A DNA stretch of 37,118 nucleotides from Nemertoderma westbladi. Lineage: Eukaryota > Animalia > Xenacoelomorpha. The DNA is taken from the NCBI GenBank assembly GCA_032718475.1, contig JAUCBJ010001540.1:1-37118 (forward strand), given 5' to 3'. Positions within the stretch are counted from its first letter, which is position 1. Each line of letters starts with the position of its first letter. Below the pieces are notes generated by a model that made no database searches, was not told the DNA's origin, and saw only the letters and a program-made list of their open reading frames with translations. A program made the translations under genes and the position numbers. Shown here piece by piece: positions 22,608 through 32,630 of this stretch.

Positions 22608-24065
22608 TGTAAAAGCCTTTGCTGAATTGCCCCGTTATTTTTATTATCTTTTACATTAAAATACTCTGTAGTTGATTTAATAGGTGTAAGAGACCGTATT
22701 ATTGCTGTATCGGTGTTTTTTAGAGGATCTAAGAGCTATTTCCTCCGTATGTGCACTGTGAAAGGCATAGTTGATGATTCTATGGCAATTCCGTGACGCA
22801 AAAGGTGATAGCTACTCTTGAACAGTAGTTACTATGACGACGGTTAACAGCTGATATTCATACGTGTCGATTTTCTTTGTTCTACGGCAACTCTCAGTTC
22901 AGTCAGCCAATCAGAGCATTTTTATGGCTCTTGTACAGAAATTTCCTAGAAATCACGCAATGCGTTATGGGCAGTGTTTACATTCTGTCCTGAGCCAGGA
23001 GAGAGCGGCTTGGGAATATTTTGTGCTTTTCTGTTTTAGCCTAACACTAGTAGGCTTAATTATAAGGACATATATCCGTTACCAAACTCAAACTGATTGT
23101 CTCAAACCAAACTGTTATACTGCTATTTACTGTCGGTTCTTCATAATATGGTTGATGAATTATTATATTTGGAATAACGATAAATAACCCCGAAAACCCA
23201 ATATTCTTGATATACCGAAGGTAAGAGAGAAAGGTTACATATAACGATTGTGACTTATGTTAAAGTGGTTTGAAGTGAATCTAATGTTATTTGATAGACC
23301 CTACATGATTCGGTCCGTGTTCCTTTTATATGTGACTAAAATCAGTGAAGATCGGCAGATCAGTGTGCAGTATTGTGCAGCATTGTGTATGAGTGAGACT
23401 GATAACGAAGCATTTCCTAAAGAATGCGCCATATATGTGAATTGTAACTAAGCCATATCGTTGTGAGTAGTTTAAGTCATAACTCTGTTTATAGATAGAG
23501 CGCCACGTCCTAAAGGAACTGTTAATATTCCCCGAAGGTGAATAATATTGTCAGAGATTATATAATACTGTCAGTCGAATAATACATTAGGCTTACATAG
23601 CAATACGATTAAGCCGTCGAACCCAATCTCCCGGGTATATCCAGCGGGTGAATGATCGCGCACCGATTGGTTTCGACTAGTGTAGTGAATCAAATACTTG
23701 TCAGAGGCTAAAAGTGATTTATTATCTAGAAGACATCCTAATTTGGCGGGTTAAACTGCCAAAGGTCTGAAAGCGCGAACAGTAACGGATATAGCTTCTG
23801 TATTGCAGTAGGCAATAAAGCTGAAGTACCGGCAACCGCTACCCAGTAGGCCTGACTACCTAACCACCCGGACCGGTACCTACAGCAGTACAGGTACAGC
23901 AGTATTATTCGATTTTGATAATTATATACCGGTAGGCCTTAATAATTAATCAGGGACTGCAGCCCTGGTTTTTTATTGAGATTTTTACTTATTTCTGTCA
24001 AGTTTTATTTGTTTGTAGGCCAGTATTGAACAGAAGGAGTGTAAGCCTGATCAGATTGTACAGAC

Positions 24066-24640
24066 AATTTGTAGGCTGAGCTGTTGTCTGATTGCTGTTA
24101 AGTCTGAACGGATTGCAGTGTGTGTAGATCATCTGTCCGATAAAGAACGGTTAGGAAGTAGGGGCAGCCAAAGCTGTAAGGTAAACCCCCAACTAAAGAA
24201 TAAGTCGTACTACTGGGTTAGAACGCATACTACCTAATCATTTCGGAGTCTGCATGTCCTGTAGTTTATTTAGGCTTGAGAGTAGTCTGCCATCGTTTAG
24301 TCTGTACTTTGTTTGTGTAGTCTGTACAGGTAGCGTATAATATTTATTTAGATAATTTGTAGGCTGGATAGTTGTCTGGCTGTTATTAGGTCTGAAGGAT
24401 TGCAGTGTGTGTAGAGCCTCTGTCCGATAAAGAACGGTTAGGAAGTAGGGGCAGCCAAAGCTGTAAGGTAAACCCCCATCTAAAGAATAAGTCGTACTAC
24501 TGGGTTAGCACGCATACTACCTAACCATTTCGGAGTCTGCATGTCCTGTAGTTTATTTAGGCTTGATAGTAGTCTGTCAGTATTTGGTCTGCATTTTGTT
24601 TGAGTAGTTTGTACGCGTAGCGTAATATTTATTATTCAGA
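24066..24640 (+). repeat. Tandem duplication, period 287 bp, in the leader of the right BEL element
   Basis: GATAAAGAACGGTTAGGAAGTAGGGGCAGCCAAAGCTGTAAGGTAAACCCC occurs at 24139 and 24426. Confidence 0.9.
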
Positions 24641-25953
24641 GTTTATGCGATTATTCGCAACATTCATATCCCCAAGTTTGTTCCTACAGTAATTGTGTTT
24701 GTTATACATACCGCTATAGTTAAATTAACCCCGGTACTACACGGGCTGCTTGGCGTAGGTAAAGACTGGTGATTTTGTACACCGGTCACTCCAGCAGATG
24801 CCGTGGTTCTTTTAACTGTTCAAGTATATTTAACTACTGATTATATGTTGTACAAGTACTCGTACCTAATTTAGGGTTTAGTGTACAGTGCTTTCCGAAA
24901 GTAATTAGTGTAGGCATTATATTTGTGTTGTAAAGTGGTTGATAGGCACGTTCGATTAGCTCTATTAACTTCTAGGTAGGAACACTCCGTGATACATAAC
25001 GTAGTACCTATAGCGATACGGCTATAGGTCGTCAGGCGGTGGTATTTTCCTATCTGGACAACGCAGTGTATTTACTACTACGTATTATTTTCAAATACCG
25101 CAGTACCCTGTCCGTTGTAATAACCAGATTTCTAACCCTTTGTTAGGCTGGTTTGTAGACTTCTTGTAAAATTACCCTGAAAATTCGTATTTTGTGTTTT
25201 TGTAAATTTTTGTGTTTATTTAGAGATTGTAATCTCACCCGAATTGTACGTAATTTGTAGTATTAAGTAACTTAGGTAAATTAGCATTATTTGTTTTAGT
25301 GTCCTATAAGTAACACTTCACTGAAAGCGCACCGCTTTGTGTAGTGATTACTCCCCAGAAATAATAACATTTATTTCAAACATTGACAAAACCCATTAAA
25401 ACGGGTATATATATATTATAAATCAACTCAAACGATTTATAAATAGTAGGCCTACCATACAACCATTAGGTCTCAATATCAGTTGGACTACTGCTCAAAT
25501 AACGGTAACAAAGTAAGTAAAGTAACCAAGTAACCCTAAAATTCAGAAATTCAATTATTTAAAATAATTGATATACCGGTATTTACGATAGGCCTATTAT
25601 CTTTATTTCTATAAGTTTCGGCTGAAATTATACCGGTACTTGTAATAAATTCTAGTCCAGAATTATATATACTACAAACTGTAAGCTGTATACCGGTATT
25701 CCCGATAGGCCTATTATATATTTATATATCTTTGTGCTAAAATTATACCGGTATTCTGTGATAAACCTAGTCTGTAATAATACTTATATAGTTATATATA
25801 CTATAAGCATACCGGTATTCTAATATATTATATATATCACGCTACATTGAGTAGCAGTATCGGTAATTAATTACTAGGCTAGCAGTTAACACTGAATTAC
25901 TAGACTTGCTTAGACTGTAATATAGCGGTAGACATTCAACTGTTTAAACAAAC

Positions 25954-28900
25954 ATGTCTGATACTAAGCAGAACCTGTCAGACAGTTTATTAGATGTAAC
26001 TATCTGCGACTCAGATAAAGGTGTAGAACCGTCTACACCTAAGTTCAGTTCACCCCCCACTGTGAGGAAGGTCATCCCTCCAGTAGTAATAAAAGAACCT
26101 AGGCTGGTCCAACATCGTAGGTCTATCATAGGCACTCGAGCTCAGGTCAAGCGGGACCAAGAAGCAGCGGAACAGCAACAACCCGCGAGCCAAGAACTTA
26201 TTTCTCAGCGGCCCGACAGCTCCAGTAGTGAAGATACTGTAGAACTGACACCCGAGCGCGGAGCAAGGATGACGGATGCGGTTTATTCGGATCCCCTTCT
26301 CATCCTTCCTGCAGCCGTACTCACTAGGCTATTGATCGCGGTGGAAGAACACCAGATCGATTGGGCGAGAAGTAAGCGCTCAACTAAAGATAGTTATGCG
26401 GGATACACAAAGGAAGAACTGAAATCTATGGTCGAGTCGCAATGGAACTTCCCTGGACCCGGACTCCCGTTTGATTTATCAGAAGCTGCCTGGGAAGACA
26501 TACACCGGATGGGAGTAGCCAAGGAAACCATCGATCCAGCTGTATGGAAGAGGTCCGCAGCCGGATACGCACAGGGATTCTTCAGCTCTATGGAGCGAGT
26601 AGAAAAACAACTGTTACAACAACCTCAAGGACCTCAAGAGCAGGGACAACTGCTTTATCAAGTTAGAGAAAGAATTCTGCGAATCAGGCTAATATTATCA
26701 GCCTTTGAAGAGGCTTCTAAAAGAAGACAAGACACGTCGTTGCAAGTTGCCGTAAAGACTTGGTTTCAACGGGTGAGTCGCCAGGTTCAAGGAACAGCTC
26801 AGTGGAAAGATCAGCTGGAGGAGCGCTCAACCCATGGAGAATCAACAGACGCTACTTTTTCCCAAGTGGAAAGTGAAGCGACGGCAGAGAAACCGCATAA
26901 GAGGGATGCCATTGACATCTATCTGTCAGACTATCAACGTTTTGTAGGAGATGAAGAGTTGAGGAGAAGACTAGAGGGGCTTAGCCCTAATAGTGAAGGA
27001 GCCCAGCTTGTGTTGGACGCAATTGATGTGGATAGGTTAGCGGCGAACCAAGCTAAATTCGATGAACAACTCCGCATCGCTAGAGACCAAGAAGAAAGGG
27101 TTAAGAAAAAACGCATAGAAGACAGAAAGAAAGCAGCAGTAGCAGCTGCAGAAGCCGAAAGGAAGGCAGCCGAAGAGGAAAGTAAGGCAGCCGAAGCGGA
27201 AAGAAAAGCGGCAGCGGCAGAGACAGAAGCGAAAAGAAAGGCAACCGAAAGGGAAAGAAAAGCGACAAAGGCAGCGGCGGAAGCGGAGCGGATAGCGGCT
27301 GAAGAGATTGCCCAATTGGAATTGGAAAATATTCAAGAGAATCAAGACTGCATAAATAAACAGTTAACAGCTAGTAATATGCAGATGATGAATCGATCTA
27401 CTCCCAAAAGACAGGGATATACATCATCTGAGGAAGGCGATACCACCGACACTGAAGGCAAAGGAAATAGATCTCATCTAAGCAGACGCAAAAGAACATT
27501 CCACCGTCAGAAATTGCCTGATTTGCCTCCAGCTGTTAGAAGGCAACTAAATAACACCAACTTAGGTAGTACAGAACCCACAGACCAAACAATTACATTA
27601 GAAAGACTCTCTACTATAGTAGATGAGCCTGAAATAATTAGGCCTGTTCTTGAAATCACCCCTTCGGTGATAGACACACCTGTGCTCCCTGAAGTTACCT
27701 CTAAATTCCCTCTGCACAGCACTAAGCTACCTGTGCCCAGTAGAACAGCCCATGAGGCAGTTCAGGTCCTGGACCCCGAGCGAAATATTCCTGATTTGTC
27801 GCCCGTTGTCCCTCGTCCGCCCGCTACAACGTTGGCGACTCCCGCTTCGGCGGTCGAATGGGTGGATGAGAGACGACGGGGGATGGATCTCCTGCTCGGA
27901 CAGATGCAGGAGACTGTTCAACAATTCAAAGGCACAGTAAGGGAAAGTAGGCTAGAGTTGCAAGAAGTGCAGCAAAGTATCGCGCTAGAACGCGATAAAT
28001 TAGTAAATACACAAAGGGGTATACCACCACCCCCTGTAACAATGTGTCAACCTGTTAGGTCTGAAGTATCTCATGTGCAAGGTGTGGAGCCTACACGCAT
28101 CTATACTGCTAGCGAAGTAGAAACTCCTATAGTGAACCCTATTAAGGGTAATTATAGACCTGTTGATAATGATATTCCCTATAGACCTGATCATAATCCG
28201 AGAAATTTATATACCGATAACTCGATATTAAATAACACGATGGCCCAAGAAAGTTTTACGCGTCAAATGGCTAGAACCGAAGCCCGGCAAGCGGTAAAGG
28301 TGGGAGAGATCGTCAAGTTCAACGGAGATGAGATGAAATGGTTACCTTTTAATGAATATTACAAAGATAACATACAGAACTCTGTGCTATCTAATGGAGA
28401 GAAACTTAGATTCCTCATCGAGTGCTTGGAAGGATCTCCAAAGTTAATGGCGTTAAAGTTTATTGGACATCCAGACGGATTAAGACAAGTTTGGGATACA
28501 CTAAACATCAGGTATGGTAATAGGAATAACATAGCTGGGTATTTGTATGCAAAGTTGGTAGCGCCCCGAAAGTTTATTAGCAGCGGAATCATAGAGTTTT
28601 CCGATGAGATTCAGGAGATCTGTAGACAATTAGATTGGCTAGGTAAGTCTCATGAGTATCAGAATGCTATGGTTATTAGAGCAGTGGCTTCTACTTTACC
28701 GAAGGGTGGAGTAGGTACGCGCTGGGATAAGAAAGTGTTATATATGATGGAACAACAACGACGAGACCCTACCATGGCTGATCTCATGTCATTCCTAGAT
28801 GGAGAAGTGAAATTACAGCTCCTGAAACTGTCCAGGGAGAAGACACCGGAAAACAAGGTAAGTGAAAAACCCGTCTCTAGGAGAAAGGTAACACCAGTGT

Positions 28901-28968
28901 GTTATACAGACGACGGCGAAAGCCAGACTTCTCAAGGAGAAGATAGCGGGAAAGACACTGATACCTAA
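25954..28968 (+). CDS. gag: BEL/Pao Gag, N-terminal ~1000 aa (coiled coil plus capsid-like DUF1759-type region)
   Basis: Ala/Glu/Lys/Arg-rich coiled coil, then KFNGDEMKWLPF...I.NSVLSNGEKLRFL..CLEGSP...WDTLNIRYGN...PTMADLMSFLD, typical of BEL/Pao gag. It stops at the edge of the 1.2-kb insert. Confidence 0.85.
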   Translation: MSDTKQNLSDSLLDVTICDSDKGVEPSTPKFSSPPTVRKVIPPVVIKEPRLVQHRRSIIGTRAQVKRDQEAAEQQQPASQELISQRPDSSSSEDTVELTPERGARMTDAVYSDPLLILPAAVLTRLLIAVEEHQIDWARSKRSTKDSYAGYTKEELKSMVESQWNFPGPGLPFDLSEAAWEDIHRMGVAKETIDPAVWKRSAAGYAQGFFSSMERVEKQLLQQPQGPQEQGQLLYQVRERILRIRLILSAFEEASKRRQDTSLQVAVKTWFQRVSRQVQGTAQWKDQLEERSTHGESTDATFSQVESEATAEKPHKRDAIDIYLSDYQRFVGDEELRRRLEGLSPNSEGAQLVLDAIDVDRLAANQAKFDEQLRIARDQEERVKKKRIEDRKKAAVAAAEAERKAAEEESKAAEAERKAAAAETEAKRKATERERKATKAAAEAERIAAEEIAQLELENIQENQDCINKQLTASNMQMMNRSTPKRQGYTSSEEGDTTDTEGKGNRSHLSRRKRTFHRQKLPDLPPAVRRQLNNTNLGSTEPTDQTITLERLSTIVDEPEIIRPVLEITPSVIDTPVLPEVTSKFPLHSTKLPVPSRTAHEAVQVLDPERNIPDLSPVVPRPPATTLATPASAVEWVDERRRGMDLLLGQMQETVQQFKGTVRESRLELQEVQQSIALERDKLVNTQRGIPPPPVTMCQPVRSEVSHVQGVEPTRIYTASEVETPIVNPIKGNYRPVDNDIPYRPDHNPRNLYTDNSILNNTMAQESFTRQMARTEARQAVKVGEIVKFNGDEMKWLPFNEYYKDNIQNSVLSNGEKLRFLIECLEGSPKLMALKFIGHPDGLRQVWDTLNIRYGNRNNIAGYLYAKLVAPRKFISSGIIEFSDEIQEICRQLDWLGKSHEYQNAMVIRAVASTLPKGGVGTRWDKKVLYMMEQQRRDPTMADLMSFLDGEVKLQLLKLSREKTPENKVSEKPVSRRKVTPVCYTDDGESQTSQGEDSGKDTDT

Positions 28969-28973
28969 AGAGG

Positions 28974-30208
28974 TGAGGTCTCTATAGGGGTGTCAGTAAC
29001 AGGTGGTGGCGGACTCGTGAGGGTCTGGGGGCACGTTAAATCGTCTTTATAGTGCAAGGGAGTTACTGAAGGCCCTCGTGTCTTGCGAACCATGAATCAA
29101 CATGGTGCCGTGGTACCGTCTAGTCGGCCTGTTGCCGTACTGCCAGTCCTGTACACAGTAGGGGTGGTGGCATGGCGTGATTTGTGGTTTATGTGGTCTA
29201 TGTGGTAGGTCTATGTGTGGTATGTATGAGTTGACCAGACTCTGTACTGTCTCCGATCGGTTGCCAAAACGTGTCTTTTCCCAGGGTAGCACTATTGGAA
29301 TGGAGGTGTTGCATCGGAATGGACAGGTTCTGATGATTCTGTTGGTACTACTATTGGAATGGAGGTGGCACACGGAATATCGGCTGCAAGGAGGGGTTGG
29401 TGTTGTAGTGTGGTCCGAGTGAATGATACTCTGGAATCTGTGGTTTGTGTGTGTACGTGGTATATGTGAGTGTATGTATGGCCACTGCGAGTGAGTATGG
29501 GAACCCTTGCCGGTTGGTCTAGACGCCACTGGTATTAGTAGGACCATATCTTTACTGCGCCCCAGCATACTTTGTGCACACAAAGTTATTTTGCCCTGAC
29601 GGCAAAATAAGGTACTCTCGGCTCTTTTATTAGTCGATACAATTTTGTCCCCTCTGATTTTGTCACCGATTTTGTCTTCCCCGATTATGTCCTCTGTGTG
29701 TGCATGGTATGCGTCAGATGTGTGTTTACCGTAGTGTACTTGATATTGTGAGCATCTGTTGAGTACACGTGTACAGTGACTGGTAAGTGGTTACTTGTTC
29801 CTAGCTTTCGAGCTAGTCAGTATTGTTTGCGGAACCGACTTCCCCTCAATACTGCCGGCGAGGCGGGTGAAAACGGTCAATATTCCATGTGGGTAGCGCA
29901 AGCCCGCTTGGGACAAGACCGTCGGTTTGGCTCAAGGGCGACCTTGATGCTCGATCGCTATCGACTGGTCCACCCGCCGGTTGACTCTCTGAGTTGGCTC
30001 AATGTACAGTCAGGCCACACTAAGTTGACAGTAGGCGAATTTTTCTACTTCGTTCGGCTACACACGACGAGCTGTGCCGGTGTGATCGGGGGATTGAAAA
30101 TTGAACCCGGGAAGCATCGGGCTACCCTCCGGCCCGGTCTGATAAAAACGGAGTCGGACTGGCCCCAAGGGTAGTGGGACAGCGTCCGCCTCGTGGGTGC
30201 GCCTCGGG
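28974..30208. mobile_element. ~1.2-kb non-coding, hairpin-rich insertion in gag (solo-LTR-like; class uncertain)
   Basis: Separates the gag core from its Zn knuckles. Imperfect inverted ends TGAGG (28974) and CCTCG (30202-30206); GAGG direct repeats at 28970-28973 and 30209-30212; many stems. Exact junctions are ambiguous. Confidence 0.65.
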
Positions 30209-31123
30209 GAGGAGCCCAGAAGGACGCAAGCGAGATCTTATTACGTAAATAAAATGCCTAAAGATCAGGTAAGTAAATTCAAGTCTCGAACAAATGACAG
30301 GAGAGAACAGGTAAGAAAAACTCCTCCTACGTCTCCCAAGAGAATTCAGGTGAGAAAGCCCGAAGAAAAAGCAAGTGTACACAATGTGACTCAGAGTAAG
30401 GTGAGTAACATCAAACCGAAATGTGCGCTATGTGACGGGACCCATCGCTTAAATATGTGTGATGAATTTCTAAAGAAATCATTAACTGAGAGACGTGAAG
30501 TCATGTGGGATAAGCGGTTATGTTATAATTGCCTCAGACAAGGACACCAACGGCGAACCTGTTACTCTGACATAAGGTGTGCAAAGTGTGGTGCGAAACA
30601 TCATATCTTGTTGCACGCTGAATTCGAGCGAAATAGTCCGAATCAGGTAAGTGATTCCGAACTACATGTCCAATTCAGTGATGTGAACGACACTGATCAA
30701 TCTGAGATGGAAGGATTCTATACGGATGAGTTCTCCGACGCAAACGAATCCTGTTACATGATAAATACCGCAGTGTATCGAGCACTCACATATGAAAAAG
30801 ATACAGACAGCGACTTCACTCTAACTACTTCTGATCGACAACCATCTTGGAAAGAGCCATCTTCCAATGTAGGGATCCGAGAGTTTCCTGTGGTGCAAGT
30901 AAGGGTTCACGGACCTAAGAGGAGTTATGTAGTGAACGCCCTCCTTGACTCCGGTAGTACAGGAACATTCATCGACAAAGAGCTAGCCGAAGACATATTT
31001 GCTGGACAACCCAAGTTCCGAACTAAGCTAAACATGTCAGGCATTATGCAAGTTTGGAAATCTACAGTAACAGTGGATTATTATGTAGGCGCGTTTGACA
31101 CAGCGAGAGGCAGAATTACCTAG
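30209..31123 (+). CDS. Continuation of the BEL polyprotein: three Zn knuckles and the aspartic protease N-terminal part (fragment)
   Basis: CALCDGTHRLNMC, CYNCLRQGHQRRTC and CAKCGAKHHILLH (the BEL triple knuckle), then VNALLDSGSTGTFI. Confidence 0.9.
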   Translation, partial: EEPRRTQARSYYVNKMPKDQVSKFKSRTNDRREQVRKTPPTSPKRIQVRKPEEKASVHNVTQSKVSNIKPKCALCDGTHRLNMCDEFLKKSLTERREVMWDKRLCYNCLRQGHQRRTCYSDIRCAKCGAKHHILLHAEFERNSPNQVSDSELHVQFSDVNDTDQSEMEGFYTDEFSDANESCYMINTAVYRALTYEKDTDSDFTLTTSDRQPSWKEPSSNVGIREFPVVQVRVHGPKRSYVVNALLDSGSTGTFIDKELAEDIFAGQPKFRTKLNMSGIMQVWKSTVTVDYYVGAFDTARGRIT

Positions 31124-32156
31124 GGAAAGAGTAAGCTTCTACGAACCACCCTTTACTAATACCGGTGTGGATTTATTTGGCCCTATTGAAGTATATCGTG
31201 CCCGGACTATAGTCAAGAGATGGTGTGTCATCTTCGTTTGTATGACTTGTAGAGCTATCCATCTCGATATGGTAAACGATCTATCCACCAACAGCTTCGT
31301 GTTGAGTCTACGACGACAGATCGCTCGTTTCGGAACCAGTAACACGATGAGATCGGATAAGGGAACGAACTTCATTGGCGCCAACAACGAAATTCAAGCT
31401 TACGTAAAGGACTGGAACAAGAGACAGGTGGACGATCAGCTAAAGATAACAGCGTCTAGCTGGACCTTCAACGCCGCCGACGCCCCTTGGTGGGGAGGAA
31501 GTTGGGAGAGATTGATTAGGAGCGTGAAGACTGCGTTCCACTTTATTGTACCTTGTCGCGCTTATCTCACCGACGAACTATTGCGGACGTTAATGGAGGA
31601 AATCGCCGCTTATCTCAACGAAAGACCGCTTATGCCAGTCTCTTCAAGTCCTGATTCCCTGGAAGCGCTAACACCCGCGCACTTTCTACTGAAGAAACCC
31701 GTAGCCATGCTCCCACGATCGGAGATCACAGACGGAGACGAGTACTGCCGTCGAACCTGGCAACTTATGCAGTTGCTATCCCGTCGTTTCGCTGACCATT
31801 TCGAGAAACATTACCTGCCCACTCTACAACTTCGAACTAAGTGGTTTGCGCAGCAAGAAAACGTCAGCGCTGGAGACATGGTGCTTATTGTGGACCCCAA
31901 TCTCCCACGTAAGCGATGGCAAACAGGACGTATCATCGAGACTCATATCTCGAGCGATGGTTTGGTGCGATCAGTAGAACTCGTCGTCATGCGGCGTAAC
32001 TTTAAGAAACCAGGGATAGTCTTTGAGACTCAACAGCTCAATCGTTTATGTTTACTGGAAAGAGACAGAGAGCTCTCCGGAAACTATGGAAGGCAAGAAA
32101 CTCTTCCCACGACCACTTCCCTAATCCAACCGACATCTAGGGACTCCCCAACTTAA
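31098..32156 (+). CDS. BEL/Pao integrase catalytic core and C-terminal domain (fragment; N-terminal Zn-binding domain absent)
   Basis: AELPRERV..EPPFTNTGVDLFGP, CRAIHLDMV, SDKGTNFIGA, APWWGGSWERLIRSVK, LNERPL, LTPAHFL, YLPTLQLRTKW, DGLVRSVEL. Confidence 0.92.
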   Translation, partial: TQREAELPRERVSFYEPPFTNTGVDLFGPIEVYRARTIVKRWCVIFVCMTCRAIHLDMVNDLSTNSFVLSLRRQIARFGTSNTMRSDKGTNFIGANNEIQAYVKDWNKRQVDDQLKITASSWTFNAADAPWWGGSWERLIRSVKTAFHFIVPCRAYLTDELLRTLMEEIAAYLNERPLMPVSSSPDSLEALTPAHFLLKKPVAMLPRSEITDGDEYCRRTWQLMQLLSRRFADHFEKHYLPTLQLRTKWFAQQENVSAGDMVLIVDPNLPRKRWQTGRIIETHISSDGLVRSVELVVMRRNFKKPGIVFETQQLNRLCLLERDRELSGNYGRQETLPTTTSLIQPTSRDSPT

Positions 32157-32630
32157 TATCGTTCGGAGTGGGCGTGTGACTCTATTATTTTATATTATTT
32201 TATTATTTTTATATTTATGTATGTATTACTATGTAATTTTATTATAATCGTGTTGCCGTTATTCCTACACCAGGGGGAAAAACGCCGATGCTGGAGACGT
32301 GACTTAACAGACCACCGAGCCCCGGCCAGTCACCGGATATTGATTGTGGGGAGGGAATATTTCTAAGATGCAAGTTTGCGGTTGAGAAAAGCTGCATTAG
32401 TTGGATATACTCTTTAATGTAACTTCCTATAGTTGAAAACCTGATTAAGAATAATTTTGGGCTTCCCCAAATCAATATACACCAAATATTCACAATAATT
32501 ATACACGATAATATAAATCCCTACGGTATATTATTTAATAACCCACTGTTCGCTCAGAATTTTAGCCTACCTAATGTACCCCAGATTTTCCCTCAGTCCC
32601 AGTCTTAGTGCCGTAGTGTCGGTGTCGGTC

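Noticed and set aside
29047-30174. 178-aa and 132-aa ORFs within the gag insert
   Set aside because: Non-ATG starts, low-complexity composition and no domain motifs.
28940-30240. Gag insert as a spliceosomal intron or programmed frameshift
   Set aside because: An in-frame TAA precedes the GTGAGG donor, there is no polypyrimidine acceptor, and GGGAAAG is not in the phase needed for -1 slippage.
32165-32200. 3' LTR starting at TGTGAC after a PPT-like tract
   Set aside because: It does not match the 5' terminus shared by both elements. Not annotated; kept only as the chimera hypothesis.
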